From the NCBI GenBank assembly GCA_001643675.2, contig LSRY02000012.1:1550001-1614000 (forward strand): a stretch of DNA of 64,000 nt, given 5' to 3'. Below are positions 12,655 through 24,870 of this stretch, piece after piece. The DNA is from Monocercomonoides exilis PA203 (taxonomy: Eukaryota; Protista; Preaxostyla). The notes beneath the pieces are model-generated. The model saw only the letters and a list, made by a program, of their open reading frames with translations, searched no databases and was not told the origin of the DNA. Each line of letters opens with the position of its first letter. Position 1 is the stretch's first letter. The position numbers and the translations under genes are program-made.

Positions 12655-15204
12655 AATCAATTCTTCTGAAAAACAAAAGCGACTCAATAAATAATTACGC
12701 GAATGTCTTTGAAAAACTGTTAACGAATTTCTCAAAGTTTCAAAAAACTTGAAGATACTTGCAATGGAGATGAATATTTGCTTGGAAGGTTTTCAAAACC
12801 AATTTGCTTTGAAGCGATTACCAGCTACTGTTAGCAGATAGACTATTTGAATTTGTGAGCTTTTCCTATATCGATTTATTCCTGATGAAATTAGAATAAC
12901 AGGATAATTTATCATACTCCATTCTAAATGGGATACATCATATTTTATTGAAATGATTGATGTTTATCATTACTGCACAATTTCCTTGATCAACTGTAGA
13001 AAAATAATCCTTTTCATATGCGAAAATTGGTTGCAATTTCCTTAAAGTTATGAGAAATGTGTTTAAAGTCAAGAGCACATTTGCGCTTTTGAATGGAATG
13101 TAAAACTTATCCTCAATTGTTTTTTAGAATTTTTTATGAAATCTTTGACTTCAAAGCAAATTTTTGCGTGAACCAGAATGGCTTGCGAGCAAAATAGTTC
13201 ATTATTTCACTTGTAAGTTTCAAGACAAGGACGAAGTGGCTATGATCGTATTTGGCTTGAAAACAAGTAAGAAATAATTTTGGCAAACCAAAATAATGCA
13301 CGTTCCAGTATTTTTCAAAAGAATGAAAGAGAATCGGAAGAAGAAAAATGGCTCCAACGCCAACAAAACTTTACAACGCAATGCAGCCTGAACGAAGAGG
13401 TGATGAAAAAGAATTGGAGAAAATAGCAATAATTTCAGCCAGTTTCCTACGATTGTTCTGATATTGATAAGTATTCGTTTGAACATTGGAGCGACTCATT
13501 GAGCAGGGATTTTGGTGCTTCTCCGCTGAATCAGCACAGTTGCAATTGAAGTGAAAGTGGCATTTGAAAAGAAGCAACGGTTGAGGAAAGCTCGAAATTA
13601 TGTTTGAAAAAAAAAACAGTTTCTGTTTTAGAGAAGAGAATCCATTTCTGCAGACAGACATGTTACATCAGTGAATGTCAACGAGAAGCACAGCCCGATT
13701 TGCCTGCGAGTTAGAACACAGCGTGGATACGATGGAAGGTTTCAATTGAATTTTTCTTTTATTGTTTCTTGTTCACTTCAGACAACAATTGAAAAGATAT
13801 TGAATGCAGAACAAGATGTTTTTGTTTTTCAGAGAGAAATGCAAGAATTGGAAGTTGTCAAGGTGATGAAGGCAAATTGGAAGGGATTTTTCTTTGGTGA
13901 AATTTCCCAAAAATTCTCTTCAAAAGAAAAGGTGTTGCCATTGTGAAAGAAATGAATGACCTGTCAATTGTCTCAATTGCATTTCACTCAAAACAGAAGC
14001 TGTGTATTTGGAGAAGAAGAAGAAGAAAAAGAGATGACGGTTGAGGACAAGTTAACTGGCAGTTGATTATTTCTATTTCTCTTGAAAAAATGAAATTTGT
14101 TGTTTTCCTTGTTTTTATTTGCAACTATGAAGATGAACATTAAATTTTTAGCAAAGCTCCTTTCTATTCCAACTTAAAAAAAAAAAAGAAGGTTTGGTTC
14201 AGTGATGATTTTATTTTATTTTTCCCACCTTCATGTTGACTTCTGCTTCTGGATTAGTGATTTTGTTCTGCACAAACAACATGTCGCAATTAATGCGCTG
14301 ATTCTTTCTCAACTCAAAAACCAAAAATATGAAACAAAAACAAAAGAAAAACAAAGCAAAGAATCACCTGCAACAAAAATCTTAAATGAAAAAAATTTTC
14401 ACAAAAATATTCCAACACAAAAGCACTCAAAAGCATAAGAAACAAGTAACATCAGACAAAAATCTCGATTTTCTCAAAAAATAACAAAAAACACGATCAA
14501 TAAAACTATAATTTTCCATTTGAAACAACTGAAAGTTGTGGAAAAGTTGTAAATAAATGTTTAATAATACAATAAATAAATAATAATCGAACAAATTGAA
14601 CAAAACAAATCCAGAAAAAAAGTGTGTGGATGAATCATTGAATAAACAGAAAGATTACAGGAATGAAACAAAAACAGACTCACCCAATTCAAAAGACAGT
14701 CAAATTCTCCATCTAAATCAATAAAACAAATATCACATCATTTCATTAAATGAAAGTTAACACAAATTGTTGTTCACTTTTGAGAGGCAAACAAACAAAC
14801 TGAAGAAAAATGAATTTCGCTTTTCAAAAAGAAGACAAACAAAAAGATCATTTCCTGTTCATCATGTGGATTCAACAGTGTCAAAAAGCCAATCCCTTCT
14901 CAAATGTTCGCTGTGCTTCCTTTTCTCCTATTTGTGCTCCATTTTGTTGTGTCAAACTCATTTCTCTCAAACATCAGCTCAACTCTCTTCTCTTCTCTCG
15001 TTTGGTGCCTCCATTGGCACAAACACAAGAATGTTCACAGATTTGCAATTTCATGAATTTCTGCTTCTTTTCTTTCGCTCTCATTTTCCAATGCAACAGC
15101 ACAACAAATCAAAAAAATCGCAGTTTCCCTTTCAAAACGATTAAACTGGTGAACGAAGACCTCAAACTTGATAGAAATCTAAACAACGTCCAATCTCCAA
15201 TCTC

Positions 15205-17028
15205 CTAATTGCAAGGATCAGGCGGAAGCGGAGGAATCAAGCTGAAGAAGTTCGCCTGGCTGACAAGAAAAGAGAAGCTGTTTGATCTGCCGAAGGGCTG
15301 GCAATTCGACGAAGGCTTCGCACAAGAGATCCCTGAAAATGTCACAAAGCCATTCCGCTTCGGCAAATGCGAATTCTCAGCTGTGTCTGGTGCTGCGTGC
15401 ATGCTAGCATGCTCATCCAAATCAGAGTCAATAATCAAAAGAGAAGAAGAGAGTGAAGAAGAAAGTGATGAAGAAGACACAGAAGAGCACAGAGTGGATG
15501 ATGAAAGAGAAGGCGAGGCTGAGAAGCATGAAGCAGACAAAGACGAATTTTGAATCTCATTTGGAGGAAGAGGAAGAGAAGGAGAAGGAGATGATGATGA
15601 TGATGAATCATGTTTGTCGGATGAAGATGAATTTGAAGGACTCGATTCATCTGACGTGCTTCCTTCGAGGTGCTTGCTGCCTCCAAACTCAACAGAAGCA
15701 CTGAAGTCAAAAAAAGAATTGCTCTCGTTCTTCAAATGCATTTCTCTTTCTTTTCCCTCTTCTTTCTCTCTTTCTTCATCTTCAGTCACTTCATCATTGT
15801 CCACATTTTCCTTTTCCACCTTTTCCTCCTTCTTTCCATTGTCTTTCTCTTCATCTTCTGCACATTCTATTCCATCTTTCCGACTCTTTTTGAATGTCAC
15901 TCCGCAATCGCCAGCAGCATCAAGCCTTCTCTCTCTTGTCCAATGTGCATTCCCTTTCTTGTCTGGTGGCATGTTATCTGAAGCTTCTGAATCCAAATGC
16001 TTTTCAGATGGGAATGGCGAAGACAGACATGGAGAAGAAGAAAGAGATGATGCTGCTGTTGTTGTTGAAGATGCCGAAGCTGATGACGAAGATGATGGAA
16101 TGCGCTGCCAGTCGAGTGTTGTTGGCGAAAGAGAAACAGAAAACGAAGGAAGAGAAAGGGGTGGAGCAATCGGCAAACTGGGCAGAGACGGTTTATGCTC
16201 TCCAACAATTTCTGTCTCCTGCTCATCTTCTTCTTGAGCTGGCTTCTCCTCCTTCCAGGATGTTCCACTTGGCTCACAATCGTCAGGCGAGCATCTTCCT
16301 GCAAATCCAACATTCGGCGAAAGTCGTGACCGCTGAACACTCAAAAAGTCTTGATTCTGTATGGCAAACCCAGAGGCCGACAAAAAACACGCTGCCTCAG
16401 ACTGGCCTGGCAATACGCTCGTTTCACTTCCATTCTCATGGCTCAAAGAATAGGGCAAGCATTTTGCAACGATGTGCCTCGTCAGATTGCTGAGCTGCGC
16501 AACAGCCTGCTGGATATCAAAAAGGGAGTTCTGAACATCAATCAGCAGCAATTCCTGCTGCCTGAATCTCCGCTCTTCTGCTTCCCTCAGCCCTTCGATC
16601 TCTCGCTTCAGCTCGCTCTTCACTTCTCGTATCATAGCTGAAAGACCCTCGACAGTCTCCTCACGCCTGAAATATATCTGGAAATAATAAAACAGCTTCA
16701 GTGCAAATGTGGTCGAGTAATCTCTTGTGGAGCCCAGCGCATTCTGTGCATCGCCGATAAGTGCAGACAGTCGATTTTTGGCAACATATTTCTCGTAGAA
16801 ACCCTGCGGAGAAGAACTCAAAGCCCTCAGCCTCTCCAGCTGACTTTCCCCAAACGAGCTCATATCCAGCTCGGTGCCTTCCCACCAGCTGCCCTGTATA
16901 TCGCTAGGTGAGTGATTTAAGTCAGTGTGCATGAACCTCGATAAAATTTTAACTGAATCTAAGAAGATCTTAACCATTATAAAATAATAATTGAAATTTC
17001 TTCTTTGAAGCTTTTCATTTTCATTCAA
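15205..17028 (-). CDS. Hypothetical protein: N-terminal helical/coiled-coil region followed by a Ser/Glu-rich disordered region
   Basis: 607-aa ORF with gene-like GC content. Start uncertain (TTG at 17028; first in-frame ATG near 16977, or an upstream exon). No recognised family motif. Confidence 0.6.
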   Translation of the reverse strand: MNENEKLQRRNFNYYFIMVKIFLDSVKILSRFMHTDLNHSPSDIQGSWWEGTELDMSSFGESQLERLRALSSSPQGFYEKYVAKNRLSALIGDAQNALGSTRDYSTTFALKLFYYFQIYFRREETVEGLSAMIREVKSELKREIEGLREAEERRFRQQELLLIDVQNSLFDIQQAVAQLSNLTRHIVAKCLPYSLSHENGSETSVLPGQSEAACFLSASGFAIQNQDFLSVQRSRLSPNVGFAGRCSPDDCEPSGTSWKEEKPAQEEDEQETEIVGEHKPSLPSLPIAPPLSLPSFSVSLSPTTLDWQRIPSSSSSASASSTTTAASSLSSSPCLSSPFPSEKHLDSEASDNMPPDKKGNAHWTRERRLDAAGDCGVTFKKSRKDGIECAEDEEKDNGKKEEKVEKENVDNDEVTEDEEREKEEGKEREMHLKNESNSFFDFSASVEFGGSKHLEGSTSDESSPSNSSSSDKHDSSSSSSPSPSLPLPPNEIQNSSLSASCFSASPSLSSSTLCSSVSSSSLSSSLSSSLLIIDSDLDEHASMHAAPDTAENSHLPKRNGFVTFSGISCAKPSSNCQPFGRSNSFSFLVSQANFFSLIPPLPPDPCN

Positions 17029-18237
17029 AAATCCTTAAAGTTGAATAGTTCAAAAAATAGTGTTTGATGATGAATAAGCATTAATTTTGAGATAGATTCT
17101 TTGTAAATTTTTATTAATGTTTTTGAAACAAAGAGATACTCAAATATTTTTGTTGATGAATGTTTTCACCATTATTTCGAAAGTTCAAATGAAAAATCAA
17201 CAAAAGAAATTTTATTATCAATAAACCATTTTTATTAAGCATTTTTTATCATCTTGTTTTGAAAAATATAGCAAATATCAAACGAATTTTCATTTTTTAT
17301 TTCTCGTTGGAGATGGAAATATTAATTTTTTAATTATTATTCATATGTTTTGATAATGAAATAATTATACTCAAAAGACATTCGTTTGTAATCAAATCAA
17401 GTTATCGTTAATTGGGTGTTTTTTTTGTTTGTTGTTCAAAGTTAGAAAATTTGTATCCAACAGTTAATTGAATTAATATAGTTAACTTGAACAACAAAAG
17501 AGAAATTTGAAATGCAAAAAATGCACACTCTGCGAGGGGTTTTGAATTTTCTTCAAATACTTAAAACTTTTATAATTTCAGATTAATTATTTGAATCCAA
17601 AAGTTTTTTTGAAATAAGGAATCAAACCGCTTTTCTATATAATAAAAAATAATAATTCACGTGACAGAAAAAAACATCCTTAAAATTTGTTTTTATTGTT
17701 AAAGAATCTTGTAAAAATAATGAAATTAGAAAAAAAGCCAATGATCAAAAAATTTTTTTAAAATATTTCTTTCGCAAAAAAATAAAATATAAAAAGCTGG
17801 TTTAATATGACTTTAACTTTCCATGAATGAAAAATAAGTTCTGAAATATTTTTTCAAACAAACAAACTAACAAAAATATTTTTCAAACCAAGGAGATATG
17901 TGTGCACGAACAAATTTTGATCAAAAATGTCAAAAACACTAAGCAATTTCCAAAAGAGCAACAACAACGAAAGCAATTTAAAAATAAAATTTCATGAAGA
18001 AGCATATCATTTTTATTTAAAAAAATCTCTAAAGTTGATGGAGGGAAAAAATGAAAAGATAATTGAAATAATAACGAAACACTCAACAGTTATCGCTAAA
18101 TGGAATTTTAAAAAAAATAAAATAATTGTAATTAGCATAATTTTCTTTGCACTCCAAAAAGTGTAAAACATTTCTAAAGAAAAAAGTTGTAATAAACCAA
18201 AATACCCGAAAATAAATTGTATTCACTGTTCTCCTCA

Positions 18238-21200
18238 TCAATTTTTCTCGTCCATAATCGATTTGTATTGTCTTCGCTTCCTGTTTCTCACCACGCAAAC
18301 AACAATTACAACCCCCGCAACCACAACTATTGAAAATACACTCACAGACACAATGATGGCCACCAATTGAGCTGTTGTCAATTTCTTCGGATCTTCTTTC
18401 TTTTGCTTGGCCAAAGAAACATAATCTGTGCTCCTTTTTTCTCCTTCTGATATGCCGCTTGGGTATCTCAGCCGGCAAACCAACGATGTGTATTCGTCGC
18501 CATCCAGCAGTGACGGAGGAATCGTCACTCTCATTTCTGTCTCGTTCACATACTCAGAAACAGGGCATTCAATCCACTCCTTCGTTTTCCCCACTCTTTT
18601 CTCAGATGCTTCAACTGTTAGTTCGCATGGAAATAGATAAGACCCGTGAATAACAGCTTGTGCCCTTTCATCTGATTCGATTATTCGATCTTTTCCTTTC
18701 TCTGATGTCTCCTTAGCCTTTTTAATCATTGTTGCATTTTTCAAAATGGGGGTGAAGAAATATGAATCCATATCTTTGATTGCACTTCCACTGGCCTCTC
18801 CTTCCACAAGCATTCCAAATGGCTTCCCATCCAATCCATCGCTTCCAGCTGCCAAGCTATTGATGAAAATGTAATAACTTTCAGACTTGTCCGGAGATCG
18901 AATATTGTTTCGCAGCGATGGAAACTTTTCCCAATTGTTGCCGATCGGGTGGTTGTTCACAAAGCTGCAGTTATTCAAGATCAGACGAGAATACGTTGAA
19001 TAAATTGCACCTTCTCCGATGTCCACAAACGAGCTGTCGTTGATTGTTATATAAAACGCTTCTTGCAGACAAATTAATCCAGAATCCCACGAGCACAATG
19101 GATTCTCCTCTTCGTTGACTTCATTCATCTGATTGTTGCTTGCAAATGGTTTCTGCGATTTCATAAAGCTATTCTTCCTTTTTCTTTCTTTGGAATTTTT
19201 GCATTCGTTGTGTTGTTTACCGCTTGTGATGTTTCCGTTTCTCCCATAAATGACCAGTTGTGAAAATGTTTCAAATCCTTGGCTGAATACAATCAACCTG
19301 TACGGAAGAGCTTTTCCTTCTCCGCCCAGCACATTTTCTCCCTTCAATCCTGTATACCAGGGCCTGAAGACAACATCAGTAATCATTAATTTATCTTCTG
19401 CATAAATTACATCCAGTGCGTCTCCCTCAATGGCATCTGGATACTCGATGTCAATGTGCTCAAACTTCAGATAATAATTGTCCATATAAAACACAGCTGT
19501 TGACTCCTCCGCTTTCATATTCGATTCAATCCGAAGGATTCCTCGATTTTTCTCGGGGATTGAAAGCGTCTTAAAAGCTGTATCAGATTTACGCTCAGCT
19601 CTGGATGAAGATTCAAATGCTGAAGCGATTGTAACATATTCGTTAATCAAAAATGGCTTGTCCACGATGACTCTTCCAATTATATGCATCTTCAGTGCTC
19701 CATTCTGTATTCCATGTCCGATGGCTGTGCTGATCAGATCGCACGGTCTTTCTTTTTTCCCGCAAATTTTGTCGTTGCTAGCCTTCGCTCCTCCAACATA
19801 TATGTTCTTTGAATGATACGGTAGTCTATTCGCTTCATCGCTCAGAAGATCAACAATATTCATTTCTCCGCCTTTCCTTTCTTCCAGAAGCATCAGATTT
19901 GCACTTCCATAAATATCTTCCATCTCAAATTCGAAAAATTCTTCTTTTATCTGCTTCCTTCCAATCGGAAACGAAAGATACGCATTCTCCCCTTTGTCAG
20001 CACAACAATCAGCAAATATCATCCCGTTCAATCTCAAATTAACTGCTTCTGTTATTTCATCTGCAGCTCGAATAAACAGCGCTCCACCTTTCGATTCTTC
20101 ATTCAGCATTGAACTACGTTCATATGAAGTCATTTGAGAACTTTTGAACGAACAATTTTTGAATTCAGTATCGTAAAAACTGTAATAATTCCCATTCCCA
20201 ATCTCCAAATACAGCACTCCTCCCAGTCTATGTTCCGTTGATATGCAATTGGAAAATTTTCCATTGAAAAAGCTTAGCTGTCTGCACTTGGTCAAAATAG
20301 TAATAATTGACTGTGATGTGCTCGTTGTAGAGATTGTGTCCATGCTCAACCTAATCAAATCAATATTTTCCGCAGCTTCCGCCAAGATGAGTGCAAAAGA
20401 AGATGTGAAATGAGAGATAAAGACCTCATTCATGTATAGAGTTCCCATTTTACATTCGATTAGCACACAGTTTAGAATCTGTTTAGAATCTATGCACGAG
20501 ATATTCACTCGATAGATGTCAGCATACGCCCCGTCTCCATCACACACAAACAGACTATTATCTCTCCCGCTTTGCCTCGTTGTGTCTATTTGCACATCTG
20601 CTCTGTACAGTCGAAGATACGCATTTTGCCGCACATTAAACAGTCCCTCACCTGGGTACACCTTCGCTTCGTCCAGAACTGTTGTGATGCTGATGACGTT
20701 ATTTTTTCTGTTTGTGACTGAAGCAAATCTTTCTTCAATCATTATTGGCTCTGTGTCGTATTTGTTGCCGTCTTCTGTTGTATACACTGTAAATGCTCTG
20801 CCTGGCAGACAGTTCAAGAGAGCCTGCTTCATCGTCTTGCAAGCCCTTTTCTCTCTTCTACCACATCCTCCACTGTCTTCTCCATTTATCCCATCGACAG
20901 CAATATCGACCGTGTCAAAGCGCAGCCAGTCGCTATGGAAAACTATTGTTCCATCTTTCTTTATTGCTCCAACTCGATGGTCTTTCGTCACGCTGAAGGA
21001 ATCTGCGTCAAAAGGCGATCGGCTCATTTCAATGTCTCCTTCACTGCACAGCGCAAGATCATTTCCGCATTGTTCTGCAGAATTATCTTCGAAGAAACAG
21101 TTTTTGAATAAAATTTCGTCGATCAGCCTTGCCTCTTCTCCCAAATGTATTGCCATCCCTCCGCCTGTCTTCGCCTTGCATTCCAGAAATGTTCCGTTTC

Positions 21201-22335
21201 TGCATTCAAATCCTGCCATTTTTGTTAGATCACACACCAGCAGCCCTCCTCCATCAACAGCTGCCTCACAGCTGCGAAACTCGACATTTTCCAACTTCAC
21301 TTTCCCTTTCATCGCGCCAATCATTGCTCCTCCTCCACGAACCGCTCTTCCATAATCAAATGAAGTGTCGAGAATGTTCAGTTCACTCTCTGGGTGCATC
21401 ATCTCAAAATAAATACAGCCACCATTTTCTGATTTCAGAGATCGAATCGAAGATATTGTACATTCGGAAATAGTAATCTTCACTTTTTTGTCTCCCCCAC
21501 TTTTTGCTTCGAGCAACGCTGGTCCTGCATTTCCCCTCTCAACAGAGCTTAAGCGGCCTCCTTCCAGTGTGAACGAAGATGGAAGCTCCAGTGCACATTC
21601 TTTTTCAAGCTTTGCATAGTGTATTTGAACGTTCTTCAATTTTTGTACAGCAACATCTTCGGATATGTGCAGAATGGTCACACTAGATAGATAATAATAT
21701 CTTAAATAACCCCAAAAAAATCCATCAATTGATAATTTACCTTCTGTTATTCTCAAGATCGAAAAAGGGGCATATTCATCGATCCATTTTTGAAAATATA
21801 TGTTGCAATCCACTATTGTCAAATCACCTTCAAGGCCTCTAGAAAGAATAATTGCAGATGCTTCTTCTGCTCCCATTGATTCCCGTTGAGTTTTAAAGGG
21901 AATAAGATTAAATGTCAAATGTTTCAATGTCAATGTTTTCTCATTCACCATGTGGAACATCCCTTTCGCAGCAATGTCATCCAATTCAAAATTGACTGTT
22001 CTTCTCGTTCCCTGTTCCGATGCTGCTGCCATCGCAAGGCTGAAATCTTTTGAAAATTGAAAGCCGTATGGTATTTCAGCAGAGTCAACAATCTTTATGG
22101 TTTTATCTCCAGGAACTTCTCCAAGCAGCTCAATCCCTTTCGCAATTGTTTTGCACGGATCGGCTTCACTTCCACAGTTCTGTTTCGAATCGTCTCCTTT
22201 TTCGGAAATAAAAACGGCATCAACAGCTGCCTCGGGACAGCCATCGGAAAATGCATTTAATCGATTTTTGCTATCACGTTGTGGAGCAGGACAACTGGCA
22301 AACAGACAGTTCGCGAGAATAAAAATCAAAAACAT
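18238..22335 (-). CDS. Type I membrane surface protein with Cys-containing and GGA/FxxN (Pmp-like, putative beta-helix) repeats and a short cytoplasmic tail
   Basis: Signal peptide MFLIFILANCLFAS. Recurrent CG..xxPCxT/CKT modules (CGSEADPCKTI, CGRREKRACKTM, CGKKERPCDLI) and GGCIY/GGGAM/GGALF plus FEDN motifs. TM helix LVAIIVSVSVFSIVVVAGVVIVVCVV followed by RNRKRRQYKSIMDEKN. Confidence 0.85.
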   Translation of the reverse strand: MFLIFILANCLFASCPAPQRDSKNRLNAFSDGCPEAAVDAVFISEKGDDSKQNCGSEADPCKTIAKGIELLGEVPGDKTIKIVDSAEIPYGFQFSKDFSLAMAAASEQGTRRTVNFELDDIAAKGMFHMVNEKTLTLKHLTFNLIPFKTQRESMGAEEASAIILSRGLEGDLTIVDCNIYFQKWIDEYAPFSILRITEGKLSIDGFFWGYLRYYYLSSVTILHISEDVAVQKLKNVQIHYAKLEKECALELPSSFTLEGGRLSSVERGNAGPALLEAKSGGDKKVKITISECTISSIRSLKSENGGCIYFEMMHPESELNILDTSFDYGRAVRGGGAMIGAMKGKVKLENVEFRSCEAAVDGGGLLVCDLTKMAGFECRNGTFLECKAKTGGGMAIHLGEEARLIDEILFKNCFFEDNSAEQCGNDLALCSEGDIEMSRSPFDADSFSVTKDHRVGAIKKDGTIVFHSDWLRFDTVDIAVDGINGEDSGGCGRREKRACKTMKQALLNCLPGRAFTVYTTEDGNKYDTEPIMIEERFASVTNRKNNVISITTVLDEAKVYPGEGLFNVRQNAYLRLYRADVQIDTTRQSGRDNSLFVCDGDGAYADIYRVNISCIDSKQILNCVLIECKMGTLYMNEVFISHFTSSFALILAEAAENIDLIRLSMDTISTTSTSQSIITILTKCRQLSFFNGKFSNCISTEHRLGGVLYLEIGNGNYYSFYDTEFKNCSFKSSQMTSYERSSMLNEESKGGALFIRAADEITEAVNLRLNGMIFADCCADKGENAYLSFPIGRKQIKEEFFEFEMEDIYGSANLMLLEERKGGEMNIVDLLSDEANRLPYHSKNIYVGGAKASNDKICGKKERPCDLISTAIGHGIQNGALKMHIIGRVIVDKPFLINEYVTIASAFESSSRAERKSDTAFKTLSIPEKNRGILRIESNMKAEESTAVFYMDNYYLKFEHIDIEYPDAIEGDALDVIYAEDKLMITDVVFRPWYTGLKGENVLGGEGKALPYRLIVFSQGFETFSQLVIYGRNGNITSGKQHNECKNSKERKRKNSFMKSQKPFASNNQMNEVNEEENPLCSWDSGLICLQEAFYITINDSSFVDIGEGAIYSTYSRLILNNCSFVNNHPIGNNWEKFPSLRNNIRSPDKSESYYIFINSLAAGSDGLDGKPFGMLVEGEASGSAIKDMDSYFFTPILKNATMIKKAKETSEKGKDRIIESDERAQAVIHGSYLFPCELTVEASEKRVGKTKEWIECPVSEYVNETEMRVTIPPSLLDGDEYTSLVCRLRYPSGISEGEKRSTDYVSLAKQKKEDPKKLTTAQLVAIIVSVSVFSIVVVAGVVIVVCVVRNRKRRQYKSIMDEKN

Positions 22336-24870
22336 ATTAATAGAAAGACAATTGGTTGTTGATCAATTTTGAAGAAAATAATTATCAAAAGTGTTCTCAT
22401 TTCAAACAATCTTTTGAAACGATTTGTTTCGGTAAAACTGCGCCTTGATATTGATGATTGGATTTTTAGTATTGGCAGTTTTCTAATTCCAGAATACATT
22501 TCAGAAAGAAAAAACAACTTTTTTCTGCCATTTGATGAGAAGAAGAAAGAGAAATATATTTTTATGTTACAAATAAAATTTCTTTATTTTCCCGACAATT
22601 TCTTGCATGTTTCACAAAGCAATAAATCATTCATTCAATTCAAATGAATAAACACAGTTGCTTCAAAACAAAACTTGCAACAAAACAAGAATCTCAAAAG
22701 CAACTTTTTCATCAGATTATTTTTTAATGTTTCACGTGAAGAAAATTTCAATGATTGAAAATTTGAAAACTGATGATGAGCTATTTGCCCTGTCAATGAG
22801 GGCAACTTTGACTTTGGAGAGAAATGAAACTATTCCGATTGGCGCATTGACATTCACTCACTCCGATCTTCTTCATAACCATAATCATCTCAGTTGCTCG
22901 GAAAAGCCAGCTTTTCATGTTATGAAGCAGTGCATTTCCATTTTCATGAAGATATCCACTTTTCCATTTTCTTTTTTTGCAGCTTCCTGTCTTAAGTTAT
23001 GTTTGGTCTTCAGTTTCTCTTTGCTATTGATTCTGCCTCGATACAAATGCTTTTCCAATTTATCTCCCACAAATCTTGAATAAAAACAAAAAATACAGAA
23101 TTGGTACACTCCACTTCTCTCCTCCTCTCTCTTTCCTCTTCTCATCACCTTCTTCGAGTGTTCCTGTTCCAACAACTTGACCATATCCGCATCATCCCCT
23201 CTTCCCACCCAACTGATTCTGACTGAACTGTCATTCAGAACATCAGAAGAATTACCGCATGGAACAGCATGCTTGATTCAGTCATAAATAGAGCACATTT
23301 AGAAACAGAGCTTTCTTTTTTTTTCAACCTCATCTCACAACATGCACACAGCCTTAGAAACAGAATAGAAAAAGAAATCCTCAGTGTTGCAAAGTCTTTC
23401 ACAAATCATTCCCATCAATGAAAATTTCCAACAACAAGAAAAGATCAATCACCAAAATAACACGCAAACAAAGAGAACATTAGATGGAAAAGCAAAGCAA
23501 ATGATGCTCCGTTTTCCTGTGATGAAGAGCGCTATGATTGAGAAAAGAACAATTGAACGCTTTGATGGCAGTTGTGAGTGAATGTTTGCAGATTGTTGAG
23601 GAAAGAGAACTTGGCTGCAAGAGAAGAATGACCACAAGCGGAAAAAGGAAGAGCAGCTGAAGAGGAAGGTGTACAGAATCCAGCAGACGAAGAAACAGAA
23701 ACAGAAGAAGATGAGCTGAAATTGCATGTTATTTTTCCTAGAAAATGTTAAACATGGAACGGAAGATGTTGTGATAAAACAGCAACTCTTTGAATTTCGC
23801 ACGCGACAATTAATGGAAAAGTTGAAAACATATCACAGATAAAGCAAACCATGATTTTTGCACTCTCTTGTAAAAAAAAATGAGTCAAAGCAGAAGATGA
23901 GAATCAATGAAGGAAAAAGGCAATAGAACATTAAAACAAATGACTTGATTTGATAATGATTGTCAATTTCAAAGGCAAGAGAATTTCGAATCCCATTTCA
24001 CCAAATATTCTTTTGTTTTGAATTACGATCTTTTATTGAATTTCCAAACAAATTGTTTTTATTGTCCCACTTTCAACTTTGATAACAGCTTTCTTTTCTG
24101 AAAATGCACCAATTTGTTTCACTTCTTTTTCATGTTGACTTTTCACTGAACTTGTTATCATCCCAATCAGAAAAAGTTGAGAAAAGAAGCAAGAAGTCTT
24201 TTATCAATTTTCTTTGCAAATTGTTGTTTGATCTTTTGTCATTTTCGCTTCATTTTTCTCACTTAAAAAAGGTTTGAGTTTTTTTTTTTGATTGCTGGAT
24301 GTTTTGACTTTGAAAAGGCTTCACGCGCAGATATGTGCATCATGAATTGAAACATTTTATTGCTTGCACACAATAATTCGCATCGAATATTTTTGTTAAT
24401 TATGTTTCCTTTTGAAGCATGTTTAAAAAAAACATTCATCAGAAAGAATACCAAATTTGAAAATTTTCTTTTCTCTGCAATCTGCCATCGCAGGAAATAA
24501 TTCTCGCAATTCAGTGATGTATTTTATCCAATGTATTCTCTTTTTGCAAATAAATATTTTCGTTTGATAAAAAGAAATAATTATGATCACAATTACCATA
24601 ACAACAAACTTGAATTGTTGAATCATTGTTCTTCTTCTCTATTACTCGCCAAAAATACAACTACGCTATAAAGGATAGTATGAGCAATGAAATTGAAATG
24701 ACTGTGGTCACTTTTCATTCAAATAACTTTTCAAATTGTTTTGTATTTTATCATGTGTGCATGATGATAATGATGCATTTTCTTGATGGTTCACATTTGT
24801 TTTAAATGCAGGAGACGGATGTAACAAAAAGATTTTTGGGTTTGCAAGCAATGATGCTTTTGAATTTACG

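Noticed and set aside
17428-17498. 16-bp imperfect inverted repeat TTTGTTGTTCAA(A)GTTA / TAACTTGAACAACAAA
   Set aside because: Short and in very AT-rich DNA, with no TSD or second copy; may be chance.
17521-17550. tRNA T-arm-like string on the minus strand
   Set aside because: No D-arm, anticodon arm or acceptor pairing could be built.
24680-24811. Upstream ATG exon for the 24871 gene using the TGCAG acceptor at 24811
   Set aside because: The donors examined gave the wrong phase or created a stop; the 5' structure is left unresolved.
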